NCBI GenBank assembly: GCA_964520905.1
Contig: CAZFQL010000002.1
Span: 134,450 to 198,449, forward strand
Reading direction: 5' to 3'
DNA: 64,000 bases
Source: an uncultured Chlorobiaceae bacterium
GTDB lineage: Bacteria; Bacteroidota; Ignavibacteria; UBA10030; SZUA-254
The translations under genes were made by a program, and so were the position numbers. Within the stretch, counting starts at the first letter, position 1. Every line of letters begins with the position of its first letter. The notes below the pieces were generated by a model. The model searched no databases, had not been told where the DNA came from, and worked only from the letters and a program-made list of their open reading frames with translations. Of the stretch, positions 21,523-30,947 are shown piece by piece.

Positions 21523-22257
21523 TTAAGGTTTTTGTGCATTGATAAGAACAAGCGGGAGGAAACGTCGTATTGGAGAAAACCATTCAAGTCCCTTCTGGAT
21601 AGTTGAGATACCGGGGATATTATCTAATAATTGAGGTGGAAAAAATCCGGATCGTTTAATTTGGATATTAATAAATCCTACATCCCGTAATATTCTTGTC
21701 GTTGTGCTTGCACTGAACGTGAACATTCCTTTTTCCGCTTCCCATGTCATCTCGCGGCTAAACATCACCTGCAATAGAAAAAGCGGATTCAGACGATTCG
21801 GTTCTAGAAAACCAAGTCGTCCTCCTGATTTTAGCGTATCGAAAATTAGTTCAAACAACTTCACGTGGTTTGGAATATGATGAAGTATGAAGAAGCCGCT
21901 TATCGCATCGAACGATGAAGGACCGAAATCCAGTGGAAGATCGAAAACACTCGCACATGCAATATCGAGATTCGTCCCTGGGGCAGATTGACGTTCTAAT
22001 GCTCCAAGCAGCGCTTGAGACGTGTCAAGTGCCACAACTTTTTTGCAGTACGGTGCCAGGTGGAGTGTGAAACGTCCTGCACCCGCACCGATATCAAGAA
22101 CGGTATCGGAATTTGAAAGCGTTAACCCGCGAACCATCTGGTCGGTAAGCAGCTTTGCATAAGTGCTGTTCGGTTTGAACAATAGGTGGGTGTGTTTCTC
22201 GGCATCGATATAGAAATCATTCTGGACTTTCTGCCATTGTTCAGTTATTGACGCCAT
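21523..22257 (-). CDS. Class I SAM-dependent methyltransferase
   Basis: VLDIGAGAGRFTLHLA...VVALDTS. Confidence 0.75.
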   Translation of the reverse strand: MASITEQWQKVQNDFYIDAEKHTHLLFKPNSTYAKLLTDQMVRGLTLSNSDTVLDIGAGAGRFTLHLAPYCKKVVALDTSQALLGALERQSAPGTNLDIACASVFDLPLDFGPSSFDAISGFFILHHIPNHVKLFELIFDTLKSGGRLGFLEPNRLNPLFLLQVMFSREMTWEAEKGMFTFSASTTTRILRDVGFINIQIKRSGFFPPQLLDNIPGISTIQKGLEWFSPIRRFLPLVLINAQKP

Positions 22258-22265
22258 AAAAAAAA

Positions 22266-23192
22266 TTATTGTTTGTCGAAACCGATTTTTTCTTTTATCA
22301 CATAGAGCGGACGCTGTTTGACTTCATCATAAATACGCCCAAGGTATTCACCAATTATACCGAGCGTCAACAGAATCAGACCACCCATGAATAGAATGGT
22401 GAAGACCGGAGAGGCCCATCCCGGAGTTGCTTTGTCTGTAAAAAGTTTCGCATATAAGACATACAGCATGCCTATGAAGGCAAGAAATGCAATGCCGACA
22501 CCGACATATGTTGCAAGGCGAAGCGGTGCATTCGAAAACGAAAAAATTCCATCGAACGCAAGATGCATCAACCCACGGATAGTCATTTGCGGTTTGCCTG
22601 CGAAGCGTGCTTCACGGTCGTACTCAATACTAGTCTGCTTGAAACCCGCCCATGCTCGCATCCCGGCAATGTAGCGGTTCCTTTCTGGCATCGCCTGCAA
22701 TACGCCGACGACTTTACGATCCATGAGAGAGAAGTTTCCCGCTTCCATCGGAATTGGTATGGAAGAGAACATCACCATCAATTTATAGAACGAGTGGAAC
22801 GCAAATCGTTTAAGTGCATTCTCCTTCCGGCTTCGCTTGACAGTATAGATGACATCAAATCCATCATGCCACAGTGTAATCAATTTGGGAAGAAGTTCGG
22901 GCGGATCTTGCAAATCGCCATCCATGAGAATGACGGAGTCTCCTTTGGCAGAATCAATGCCTGCTGATATCGCAATCTGGTGGCCAAAGTTACGAGCCAG
23001 GTCGATCACTTTCACATGCGATTCCTGCTGAGCACAACGTCTGAGTTCATTTAGAGAATTATCACGACTACCGTCGTTGATATATATAATTTCATAAGAC
23101 CCGGAGACCTGAGCCATTGCCTGCGTGATTCGGCGATGAAGTTCGGGGATTGTTTCCCGTTCATTATAAATTGGAATGACAATAGATATCAT
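22266..23192 (-). CDS. Polyprenyl-phosphate sugar synthase, GT2 (GtrB/ArnC/DPM1-like) with C-terminal TM anchor
   Basis: ISIVIPIYNERE...INDGSRDNS...MDGDLQDPPE and two C-terminal TM helices. Lies immediately downstream of the yfhO-like gene (gene pair). Confidence 0.8.
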   Translation of the reverse strand: MISIVIPIYNERETIPELHRRITQAMAQVSGSYEIIYINDGSRDNSLNELRRCAQQESHVKVIDLARNFGHQIAISAGIDSAKGDSVILMDGDLQDPPELLPKLITLWHDGFDVIYTVKRSRKENALKRFAFHSFYKLMVMFSSIPIPMEAGNFSLMDRKVVGVLQAMPERNRYIAGMRAWAGFKQTSIEYDREARFAGKPQMTIRGLMHLAFDGIFSFSNAPLRLATYVGVGIAFLAFIGMLYVLYAKLFTDKATPGWASPVFTILFMGGLILLTLGIIGEYLGRIYDEVKQRPLYVIKEKIGFDKQ

Positions 23193-23231
23193 AATAAGCT
23201 CATCACAAATTAAGAATATATTTTCACATCC

Positions 23232-25631
23232 TCAAGCGGATGTGGGAGTACTCAGAGGTTTTCGTTTCCTCGCGTACAGAATAATAAGCCCTACCACACA
23301 AAATCCAAGTGTCGATAGGGAGATGGTTGCTCCTTGATAAAACGACGTCGGTTCATATCGCAACTCGACCGTATGCTCACCTTTATTGACTACAAGTGCA
23401 CGTAAACTCCAATCTGCACGGTACACTGGGGTCGCTTCACCGTCAACATATGCATTCCAGCCCGGGAAATAAATTTCGCTCAGTACCAATATCCCTTTCT
23501 TGGGTGTGAAGACTTTTAAACTAATTGTATTATTGGTATAAGATTGAAAAACTGACCTCGCCCCAGAGCTGATTGTGGTGTCACTTAAAAGATCATTGGT
23601 TGCACCTCTCAATGTCACGACATATCTTGGATCGAATTGGCTGCTACATATGAAGAGACTTTCCTGCTGCGCCGTTGAAAATGTTTTATAATTATAAACA
23701 AAGAATGCTCTCGGTACATATGTTGAATCGACCGCAAGACGTGATTGCAGCCGGAGTTGACCCTGAACACTCACTGTATCCAATTTCAATCGGTACTTAG
23801 CATTCAATAAATCGTACGATCTCATGCCGACCGGATATCTCCACTGTAACCCAAGCTGTGAATATCCTTCGAGTAAAAATATTTTATCCATCATTCCCTG
23901 ATTCCGGTCAAGGAGTATCATATTGCTGTTGCGCATATTGATACGGAAATACTCCGACTTCCCTTCTTCCTTCCACATCTGGATTAGCTCTGCCCGTTGG
24001 TTGAAATGTTCATCGGGATTGATTTTTCCGTTGTTCTGATCAAATCCAAAGATATACATATCGAGAAATTGGACTAAAAATAGAAGCACAATACCGAAAG
24101 TGGAAGATAATTTTCTACGCCATAATAGAAAAAGAATTGATAGTGAGACGAACACAATAATAGTTGAAATTAATGTCTGGCTTTGTGCAATGTCATATGC
24201 AACAGGTAATGCTATGCGGGACGATTCAATTCTTAAAGCACCGACATTAACTTGATCTAGAATAAAGCTATCTACAAGACGCATTTGGACAGTTACTGTG
24301 ATTAACAAAGCCAATACCCCGATCACGATCATAACTTTAAGATAGAATTTTTCCTTCACCTTCGAAAAAAGCAATTCCTGTAGACCGAAACCGCTCAGAA
24401 AAGCAACAGCAAAAACATAGAAGAATCCCCACCTGCCTAAGGAGCGAAACTTGTCAAAACCAGGAACGTAGTTGAAAAAAAAACTATGGACAAAGAAATG
24501 ATCACCAAGAGCATAAAGAAGCGCAAAGAATGCAAATCCTGCAACTACTGCAATGTGTCGGTTTTTCTTAAAAAACTTTAACGCAAAAAGCGCGAGCATT
24601 AAACCAGGAATACCCGTATAGATACACGTCTCCCAGAAATTCCAGTTATTCTCCGGTCCCCAATAAGGGGTCGGATTTTCTGATCCAAGTGCATTTGACG
24701 ACCCGAAGAATTTTGGAACAAGCACTGTGATTAGTTGTTGCCACGATAGTTCCCCTTCTGTCGATTTTGCAAACGATAATTCCTCTCGAACGGAGTAACT
24801 TGTCAATTCATTGGTCGGTAGTAACTGAACAGCACTTAGCCCAACTGCTATTACAATAATCCCCAAAACAAGAAGCGAGAGTTGAAGACTCTGCTTCGTT
24901 ACATTTTCGTTTCCTATATTTCGTTGTTCTCGAATGAAAGAAATCAATTCGACAATAAAGTAGACGAATAAAAAAAGCAGGAAATATAAAGTAATCTGAA
25001 TATGTCCGCTGCAAACAACTAATGACAGAACAAGCCCTCCGATGATCATCGAAGTTAGCGTCCGCGTTTTCAATGTCTTATGGAATAAGAGAACAACAAG
25101 CGGCATCCACGCTGCCTGGCAGATAATAACAAGATGTATGATGTGTACAATCATAAATCCGGAGAGCATATAAACAAGCCCGCTGAAGGCAGATGGAATT
25201 TTCGAGACACCGAAGGCACGCATACAATAGAACATAGTAATGCCGGCTAAGACCACGTGGACAAGAATATACATCTCAACATACCAGAAATTAAGCTTCC
25301 CGGCAGAAACAAATGGCACAAGAAGCAAATGTGGAAGGTAACACGACGTACCAGTAATATCTGCTAAAAACGGCATACCTGAAAAAGTATACGGATTCCA
25401 GAGCGGGATCTCACCGTTCGTTAGCGCAACACTCGCGAAATTTCTATATGGATAAAACTGATAGATGAAGTCTTCCCAAAGAAATGCCGACTGAAAAATA
25501 AGTTCTCTGAAGAAAATTGCTGCAAGAACCGCGAAAACCGCAAACCACTGCCATTCTCGAAGGGAGGCAATCCAATCATTAGTATTGACAAAGGTGACTT
25601 GTGGCTCTATCTTCTTTTTCTGTTTCGTCAT
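23232..25631 (-). CDS. YfhO-family GT-C-like integral membrane glycosyl transferase (paralog 2)
   Basis: 799 aa polytopic protein. C-terminal GWNAYVDGEATPVYRADWSLRALVVNKGEHTVELRYEP matches paralog 1 and the YfhO family. Confidence 0.7.
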   Translation of the reverse strand: MTKQKKKIEPQVTFVNTNDWIASLREWQWFAVFAVLAAIFFRELIFQSAFLWEDFIYQFYPYRNFASVALTNGEIPLWNPYTFSGMPFLADITGTSCYLPHLLLVPFVSAGKLNFWYVEMYILVHVVLAGITMFYCMRAFGVSKIPSAFSGLVYMLSGFMIVHIIHLVIICQAAWMPLVVLLFHKTLKTRTLTSMIIGGLVLSLVVCSGHIQITLYFLLFLFVYFIVELISFIREQRNIGNENVTKQSLQLSLLVLGIIVIAVGLSAVQLLPTNELTSYSVREELSFAKSTEGELSWQQLITVLVPKFFGSSNALGSENPTPYWGPENNWNFWETCIYTGIPGLMLALFALKFFKKNRHIAVVAGFAFFALLYALGDHFFVHSFFFNYVPGFDKFRSLGRWGFFYVFAVAFLSGFGLQELLFSKVKEKFYLKVMIVIGVLALLITVTVQMRLVDSFILDQVNVGALRIESSRIALPVAYDIAQSQTLISTIIVFVSLSILFLLWRRKLSSTFGIVLLFLVQFLDMYIFGFDQNNGKINPDEHFNQRAELIQMWKEEGKSEYFRINMRNSNMILLDRNQGMMDKIFLLEGYSQLGLQWRYPVGMRSYDLLNAKYRLKLDTVSVQGQLRLQSRLAVDSTYVPRAFFVYNYKTFSTAQQESLFICSSQFDPRYVVTLRGATNDLLSDTTISSGARSVFQSYTNNTISLKVFTPKKGILVLSEIYFPGWNAYVDGEATPVYRADWSLRALVVNKGEHTVELRYEPTSFYQGATISLSTLGFCVVGLIILYARKRKPLSTPTSA

Positions 25632-25643
25632 ACAATTATATAA

Positions 25644-26720
25644 TCAAGATAAAAGCGATTTAATTGATCCGAATACCCTCTCAACCGAAATGTACTGCAT
25701 ACAATTATTTTCGCAAGTCGGCGAATAGAAACAATTGCAATCAAAATCCGGCTCGATAATTTCACCGCGTCCGTATAGTTCGAACTCATATTTATTGAAA
25801 ATATTATTGAACAAGACAAGCTTCTTCTTCAACCCTATAGCAATGTGCATAGCCATTGTAACCGCTGTTACCACAAGGTCGCATTGGTTTACCTCGCTAA
25901 TAAACCGGTTGAGCGGGAAATGTCCGAGGTATATTGCGTTGCTTGCCATTGAGAGTTTCAAATTTTTTTGATGTTCCTGTTCACCCCCCAGAAGAAGCGG
26001 TATATATCCGGCTTTACGCAACTTCTTTGCAAGCGCGATCCAATTCTTTTCATCCCATAATCGTGAAGTCCACCTGCCGCCGCAACCTGTATTCAATCCG
26101 ATAATCTTTTTGCGCTTCGGTAGCTTCCAGGCATATTCCTTTACACCCGGCATGACGTACTCTTCACCGTCGAATGTATACCCGCAAATTTCGAACATCT
26201 CTTCCTGATAGCTTTTAGTGTTTGACTTGCTCAAATCATCGAATACCCCTGTGAGATATTTATGCTCTGCCTGAATATTTAAGGGACGGCACTTTCCTTT
26301 CTGTAGTGTGAATCCTTTCTTTATGCGTGCCGATACGCTGACACAGAGGGCACAAGCTTCTTTATCTTTATCCAGATTGATAAGAACATCAAACTGCACC
26401 GTTTGCAAAATCGCTAAACTTTGAGGTGTAAAAGGTAAAATAACATCTACACTTTTGGGAACTACTTCAGGCGTCAACGTTAGCCACCAAATTTCTGCCG
26501 AGGGTTCTATCGTTTTTAATTTATGTAAGAGCGGGGTCGTTCTAATTACGTCTCCGATCGCGCCGAGTTTGACGATCAATATTTTTTTGCCGGTCGGCTG
26601 GTAATAAGCGCACTCTTTACCTCGTTTATCAACGCAATGCACTTTATGTATTTTATGCGGTTTACACGGTATATCGCCGCGGAAATGGCGGCAATCGTAT
26701 TTTATATCTTTCACTTTCAT
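25644..26720 (-). CDS. Glycosyltransferase family 9 (heptosyltransferase-like) with Cys-rich N- and C-terminal extensions
   Basis: KILIVKLGAIGDVIRTTPLL is the GT9 hallmark. An extra N-terminal CRHFRGDIPCKPHKIHKVHCVDKRGKEC and a C-terminal DCNCFYSPTCENNC cluster are present. Confidence 0.7.
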   Translation of the reverse strand: MKVKDIKYDCRHFRGDIPCKPHKIHKVHCVDKRGKECAYYQPTGKKILIVKLGAIGDVIRTTPLLHKLKTIEPSAEIWWLTLTPEVVPKSVDVILPFTPQSLAILQTVQFDVLINLDKDKEACALCVSVSARIKKGFTLQKGKCRPLNIQAEHKYLTGVFDDLSKSNTKSYQEEMFEICGYTFDGEEYVMPGVKEYAWKLPKRKKIIGLNTGCGGRWTSRLWDEKNWIALAKKLRKAGYIPLLLGGEQEHQKNLKLSMASNAIYLGHFPLNRFISEVNQCDLVVTAVTMAMHIAIGLKKKLVLFNNIFNKYEFELYGRGEIIEPDFDCNCFYSPTCENNCMQYISVERVFGSIKSLLS

Positions 26721-26722
26721 AT

Positions 26723-28156
26723 TTAGTCTGATAGTTTTATTACTCTGATACCGTATCCTGAATCCAATCCTGCAACATAGACTGTTTTAAGATTTAACCG
26801 GTTAAGAACTGTGTCGCTGTATAAAAGAAAATTTAGTTGTGGACGATAAACCCGGACAACCCGCGCGCTGACAACGAGATACTTAGCGCGAACTTGATGA
26901 CAGAATGCGAGAATACTGTCAACCGGATCGTTTGGCATCGAGATGTACGATCCGCCCGCGTAAAACGCTGTGAATGGTTTGCGGTCGACAAAAATATCAC
27001 CTTCATGCGTCATCAGTTTCATAGCGATCCCTGCAGTGCAAAACTCAGTCGTCCCTTGATCCGGTATCGCCGCATAAGAGATAGTCGATGAATAACCCGC
27101 GATAATGATAACCGCGCTTAAAATCGCGATCCAATTTTTATTAAATCCGCTGACAAGGATAAATGAAAATATTGCCAGAAATGGGATATATGGGATGATA
27201 AATCGTTCGTTCGGATCAAGTCCGAATACAGGCAATATAAAAAGCATTGGGATACTTGCCAACAACATGTTCCTTTTTTTGATCATACCGAAAATACCGG
27301 CAATTACTAACGGGATGCCTGCAAATTTCAGGAAATGTTTTCCGTATTCCAATAATCTTGCGGGATAATACTGTAAACCCGAATTTATCCGATCTGATAA
27401 AGTAACCGCCGGAGCATTAGAAGCTTCATGCGCAACATTGATGCGCCAATCCTTTTCCCACACTCGAATATTCATGGTCTTTGGACTTATCGTCCATTCT
27501 CCGGTTTGAATACGTAAAAATAAAATGTACGGTAACACAAGAAGGAAAAAACTTGCCAGATAAAAACCGGCTGATTTCCACTTTCGGTTTTTGATGAAAT
27601 CAAAAAAGATCAGGATGCTAAAAAAAAGCAGCGCTTCGGGGCGGGTGAGGAATGCAAGACCGCTTGTAATACCGAATAATAGAGGACGGCGTTTTACAAA
27701 AAAGAAGAAGGCAGTTATTTCAAGAAAGATAAATAATGCCTCCGTAAGAGTAACCGCACCGTATCGAATTATTAAAGGATTAAATACAACGACCGATACT
27801 GCAAGTACAGAGAGCAAAGAATTCATATAATGCCGAGCCAAATAGAACAACGGTAAAGGTAGGAGAGCGCCTGCAACTACCGAGACCATCTGTGCCGCTC
27901 TAACGCCATCGGGGATCACAAGTCGAAACAGTTCAATAAAAAGTGAATACCCGGGATGAAAAACCGATTGCCAAGACGCATCGCGGAAATAATTGATGTA
28001 ATAAGCTCCATCCCAATTAACAAACGGATGATACTGTGTCACATATAGGCGAATCAACATACCACCCGCACACAATATCCCGATTAAGATCAATTCTATT
28101 TTTTTATCCCAGCAAGCAACAGATACTTTGGCGGCTTTGGATTGTAATTTTGCCAT
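26723..28156 (-). CDS. GT-C fold membrane glycosyl transferase (ArnT/PMT, GT39/GT83-like)
   Basis: 477 aa with about 11 TM helices and the typical N-terminal YHPFVNWDGAYY region. Immediately follows the ArnC-like gene. Confidence 0.6.
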   Translation of the reverse strand: MAKLQSKAAKVSVACWDKKIELILIGILCAGGMLIRLYVTQYHPFVNWDGAYYINYFRDASWQSVFHPGYSLFIELFRLVIPDGVRAAQMVSVVAGALLPLPLFYLARHYMNSLLSVLAVSVVVFNPLIIRYGAVTLTEALFIFLEITAFFFFVKRRPLLFGITSGLAFLTRPEALLFFSILIFFDFIKNRKWKSAGFYLASFFLLVLPYILFLRIQTGEWTISPKTMNIRVWEKDWRINVAHEASNAPAVTLSDRINSGLQYYPARLLEYGKHFLKFAGIPLVIAGIFGMIKKRNMLLASIPMLFILPVFGLDPNERFIIPYIPFLAIFSFILVSGFNKNWIAILSAVIIIAGYSSTISYAAIPDQGTTEFCTAGIAMKLMTHEGDIFVDRKPFTAFYAGGSYISMPNDPVDSILAFCHQVRAKYLVVSARVVRVYRPQLNFLLYSDTVLNRLNLKTVYVAGLDSGYGIRVIKLSD

Positions 28157-28166
28157 AGTACTGCAA

Positions 28167-29336
28167 CTATTTCCAGAATTCCCGTATCGAATACTCTTTC
28201 TCTGGCGTTCTACGCGTCTTCGTTATCATCTCACCAATTAATCCGATTGAAATAAATTGTACCCCGACAATAATCAATAATATGCCGCCGAAAAACAAAG
28301 GACGATTACTAAGCGCCATACCTTCGGTAAACTTCAGGGTGACAAGATATAGATCGATAGCAAAACCTGCCAGGAAAAATACCATACCCCAGAAGCCGAA
28401 AAGATGCAGGGGCCTCTGCATATAACGCGTGGTAAAAATAACCGTCAACAGATCGAGAAATCCTTTCCAAAATCTACCTATACCATATTTCGTTCTGCCA
28501 TATTTTCGCTGATGATGTTGCACGGGGATTTCACCGACTTTATATCCGAGCCAATGAGCGAGTACCGGTATATAACGATGCAGTTCCCCGTAAATTTCAA
28601 CCTCTTTCACAACTTCTTTTCTATATGCTTTCAGACCACAATTGAAGTCGTGGATTTTTATCCCGGTTATGATAGATGTGACAAAATTAAAAAACCGCGA
28701 CGGTATAGTTTTAGATATAGGATCACGTCGTTTTTTCTTCCAGCCCGAGATTAAGTCATATCCTTTTTTAATTTCGTTTACTAAATTAGGGATTTCATTC
28801 GGATCGTCCTGCAGATCGGCATCCATCGTGATTATAATATCACCTTCGGCTTTTGTAAAACCGACGGAAAGTGCCGCCGACTTGCCGTAGTTCCGACGGA
28901 AGCGAATAATCTTCACACGGCGATCCCGATTTCGTAATTCAAGAAGAACGCGCATCGATCCATCGGTACTGCCATCGTCAACGAAGATCACCTCAAATCG
29001 TCCGCTCCGAGTTAAGACATTGCGTATTTTATCAAACAACTCACGCAACGATTGCTCTTCGTTGTAAAGAGGAATCACTACCGATATTTCTTTGCTGCCA
29101 GTCCTATATTGCAGACTTTCAGATTGATGTGTTTGATGCCGACGTTGTTTGTATCGGCTTTGCCTGCCATCGTTCGCTTTATTCTTCTTCGGCATTCCAG
29201 ATGGTTCCTGCTGAGAAGATGTTGGTTGTGGGGAGGATCGAGTCTCTGGAGATAATTCACCTCCAGGGGTCATCTTTCTTTCATCTGTTTCATCGTTCGA
29301 AGCAGGGATTTCTTCATTTTGATTGTATTCGTTCAT
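28167..29336 (-). CDS. Polyprenyl-phosphate sugar synthase, GT2 (ArnC/Ppm1-like) with about 85 aa low-complexity N-terminal extension and C-terminal TMs
   Basis: ISVVIPLYNEE...VDDGSTDGS...MDADLQDDPNEIP...SGWKKKRRDPISK and two C-terminal TM helices. The N-terminus is S/P/Q/T/E-rich. First gene of the co-oriented block. Confidence 0.75.
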   Translation of the reverse strand: MNEYNQNEEIPASNDETDERKMTPGGELSPETRSSPQPTSSQQEPSGMPKKNKANDGRQSRYKQRRHQTHQSESLQYRTGSKEISVVIPLYNEEQSLRELFDKIRNVLTRSGRFEVIFVDDGSTDGSMRVLLELRNRDRRVKIIRFRRNYGKSAALSVGFTKAEGDIIITMDADLQDDPNEIPNLVNEIKKGYDLISGWKKKRRDPISKTIPSRFFNFVTSIITGIKIHDFNCGLKAYRKEVVKEVEIYGELHRYIPVLAHWLGYKVGEIPVQHHQRKYGRTKYGIGRFWKGFLDLLTVIFTTRYMQRPLHLFGFWGMVFFLAGFAIDLYLVTLKFTEGMALSNRPLFFGGILLIIVGVQFISIGLIGEMITKTRRTPEKEYSIREFWK

Positions 29337-29489
29337 TCTTCTCTCTTTTGATTTTTGTCAAAATACGATATTTTTTGATGATAATCAAAGTTTTGTTTTT
29401 AAGTGCACTTGATATAAAAGCTATATTTGGGTAAGTTTAGTTTAATATCAAACTCAACATTATCCAATATTTATAAGATAATATTCAAT

Positions 29490-30185
29490 GAAAAAAACTC
29501 TGTATTAGTTAGCTGATATCGTGACAACAGTTCTCATGATATTCTCTCATGCTTACTCCCAGATGGATTTAACAAAATATGCAAAAGTGACCCGTTGGAT
29601 ATCATTGGTTCATTCATTCTGGGCTTCAAAGGTAATTACTTCATACCTGACAGTTTACGAACCGGGCAGGGTTATTGGATTAAACTTAATCAACCAGGGG
29701 AACTCCTTTTGAGCGGAACTTATCCACCATTGCCAAAAACATCAGCTAATAAAATATTGTTGGGATTCAATACAATCACCATATGCGATGGAATAAATAA
29801 CTCCCAATCGCTGTACTTTGGTTCGGGTGAATTGTAAGGATTTACTCCCAGCTTCTTCAAACTGCCACCCAAGCCACCGTCAGGCAGTTTCGATGTAAGG
29901 TTCGGTTCTGGAAGAATGTTAGAATGCCTTGTAGATGTTCCAAACGAAAAATCTGAATACCAAATTTACATTCAGACTGAATCCAGTCCGATTAAAATAT
30001 GTTGTAATATGAAGCCGGAAGAAACTCGGAACTTCGTCATCCGGGATGAGTCAAGCAAGATTTATCCACTTGATAAAAATGGTAGTTTTGTACTCAACAA
30101 AGAAACATTAGAAATCAGAGTACTTACTCTGGCATCTGTGCTTACTCAAATCCTAAACTCGGATTTTTATTTATCACTATTATAA
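29490..30185 (+). pseudogene. Decayed gene for a secreted protein (signal peptide interrupted by a stop, then about 3 frame-shifted fragments)
   Basis: ATG-AAAAAAACTCTGTAT-TAG, followed in frame by LADIVTTVLMIFSHAYSQ, a classic signal peptide. Downstream fragments 29521..29712, 29595..29837 and 29916..30185 lie in different frames. Confidence 0.35.
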
Positions 30186-30390
30186 ATTATATTGTCAGTA
30201 TTGAGAATTCTATTAAAGTTGTAACCATAGCAAAGTTAAGTTTAAAGCCCGCAAATCTAAATGTAATCAATAAATTCACACTTTCTTATTTTAATTGTTT
30301 TCATTAATATTGGCATAATTTTAGAGTAAGATAGGCAGCCCGCTGAATTTATTGTTAAAATATTCTAACCCTTCTTGAAAGGAAAAGAAA

Positions 30391-30867
30391 ATGTCTGACA
30401 AAAGTCGTCGTGATTTTCTAAAAAAATCTTTAGCAATCGGGTCTGTGGCTACCGGACTTTCGACATCAACTTCAAAGGCGTCACCTAAGAATATTTTATC
30501 CGACGACAGGATGGGAGTTTTGGTTGACACAACTGTTTGTGTCGGCTGCCGTAATTGTGAGTGGGCTTGCAAAGATGCTCATAATTTACCTGCCGGTAAT
30601 TTAGATTCCTATGAAGACAGAAAAATTATAGAAACTAAAAGAAGACCTGATCAAACAGCACCCACAGTTGTTAATGAATATCCTCACGGTAAATATTCAA
30701 ATCTTCCCGTCGATGTGAAAGTACAGTGCATGCATTGCGATCACCCGGCTTGTGTCTCTGCTTCCATCGTGGACACTTTTTTAAACATCCTAACGAATTG
30801 GTTGACTGGCATTCAAAAAACCTTTCAGATAACCATGAAGATCATATTTTGTTTGATGACGAAGTAA
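30391..30867 (+). pseudogene. Truncated NrfC/HybA-like Tat-exported 4Fe-4S subunit (N-terminal remnant)
   Basis: Tat motif SRRDFLKKS and a first ferredoxin motif CVGCRNCEWAC. The second motif is degenerate (CMHCDHPACVSAS). After that the reading frame runs into unrelated sequence and stops. Collinear with the intact paralog 32750..33610. Confidence 0.5.
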
Positions 30868-30947
30868 GAAGTTATCCCTTGCTTCATTTAACTAAATTTG
30901 TATAATATTTCATTCAAAGATAAGTAATTAATGAAGGATAATTTAAA

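Noticed and set aside
25644-26720. GT9 hit taken to mean an LPS inner-core heptosyltransferase (waaC/waaF)
   Set aside because: GT9 membership is clear but the substrate is not. The gene sits among O-glycan/polysaccharide-type enzymes with no kdtA/waa neighbours, so no gene symbol is assigned.
30391-30867. The 158 aa Tat-signal ORF as an intact small periplasmic ferredoxin
   Set aside because: The second Cys motif lacks its last ligand. The sequence after it has no ferredoxin character and is collinear with only the first third of the neighbouring NrfC paralog. Truncation is the more parsimonious reading.
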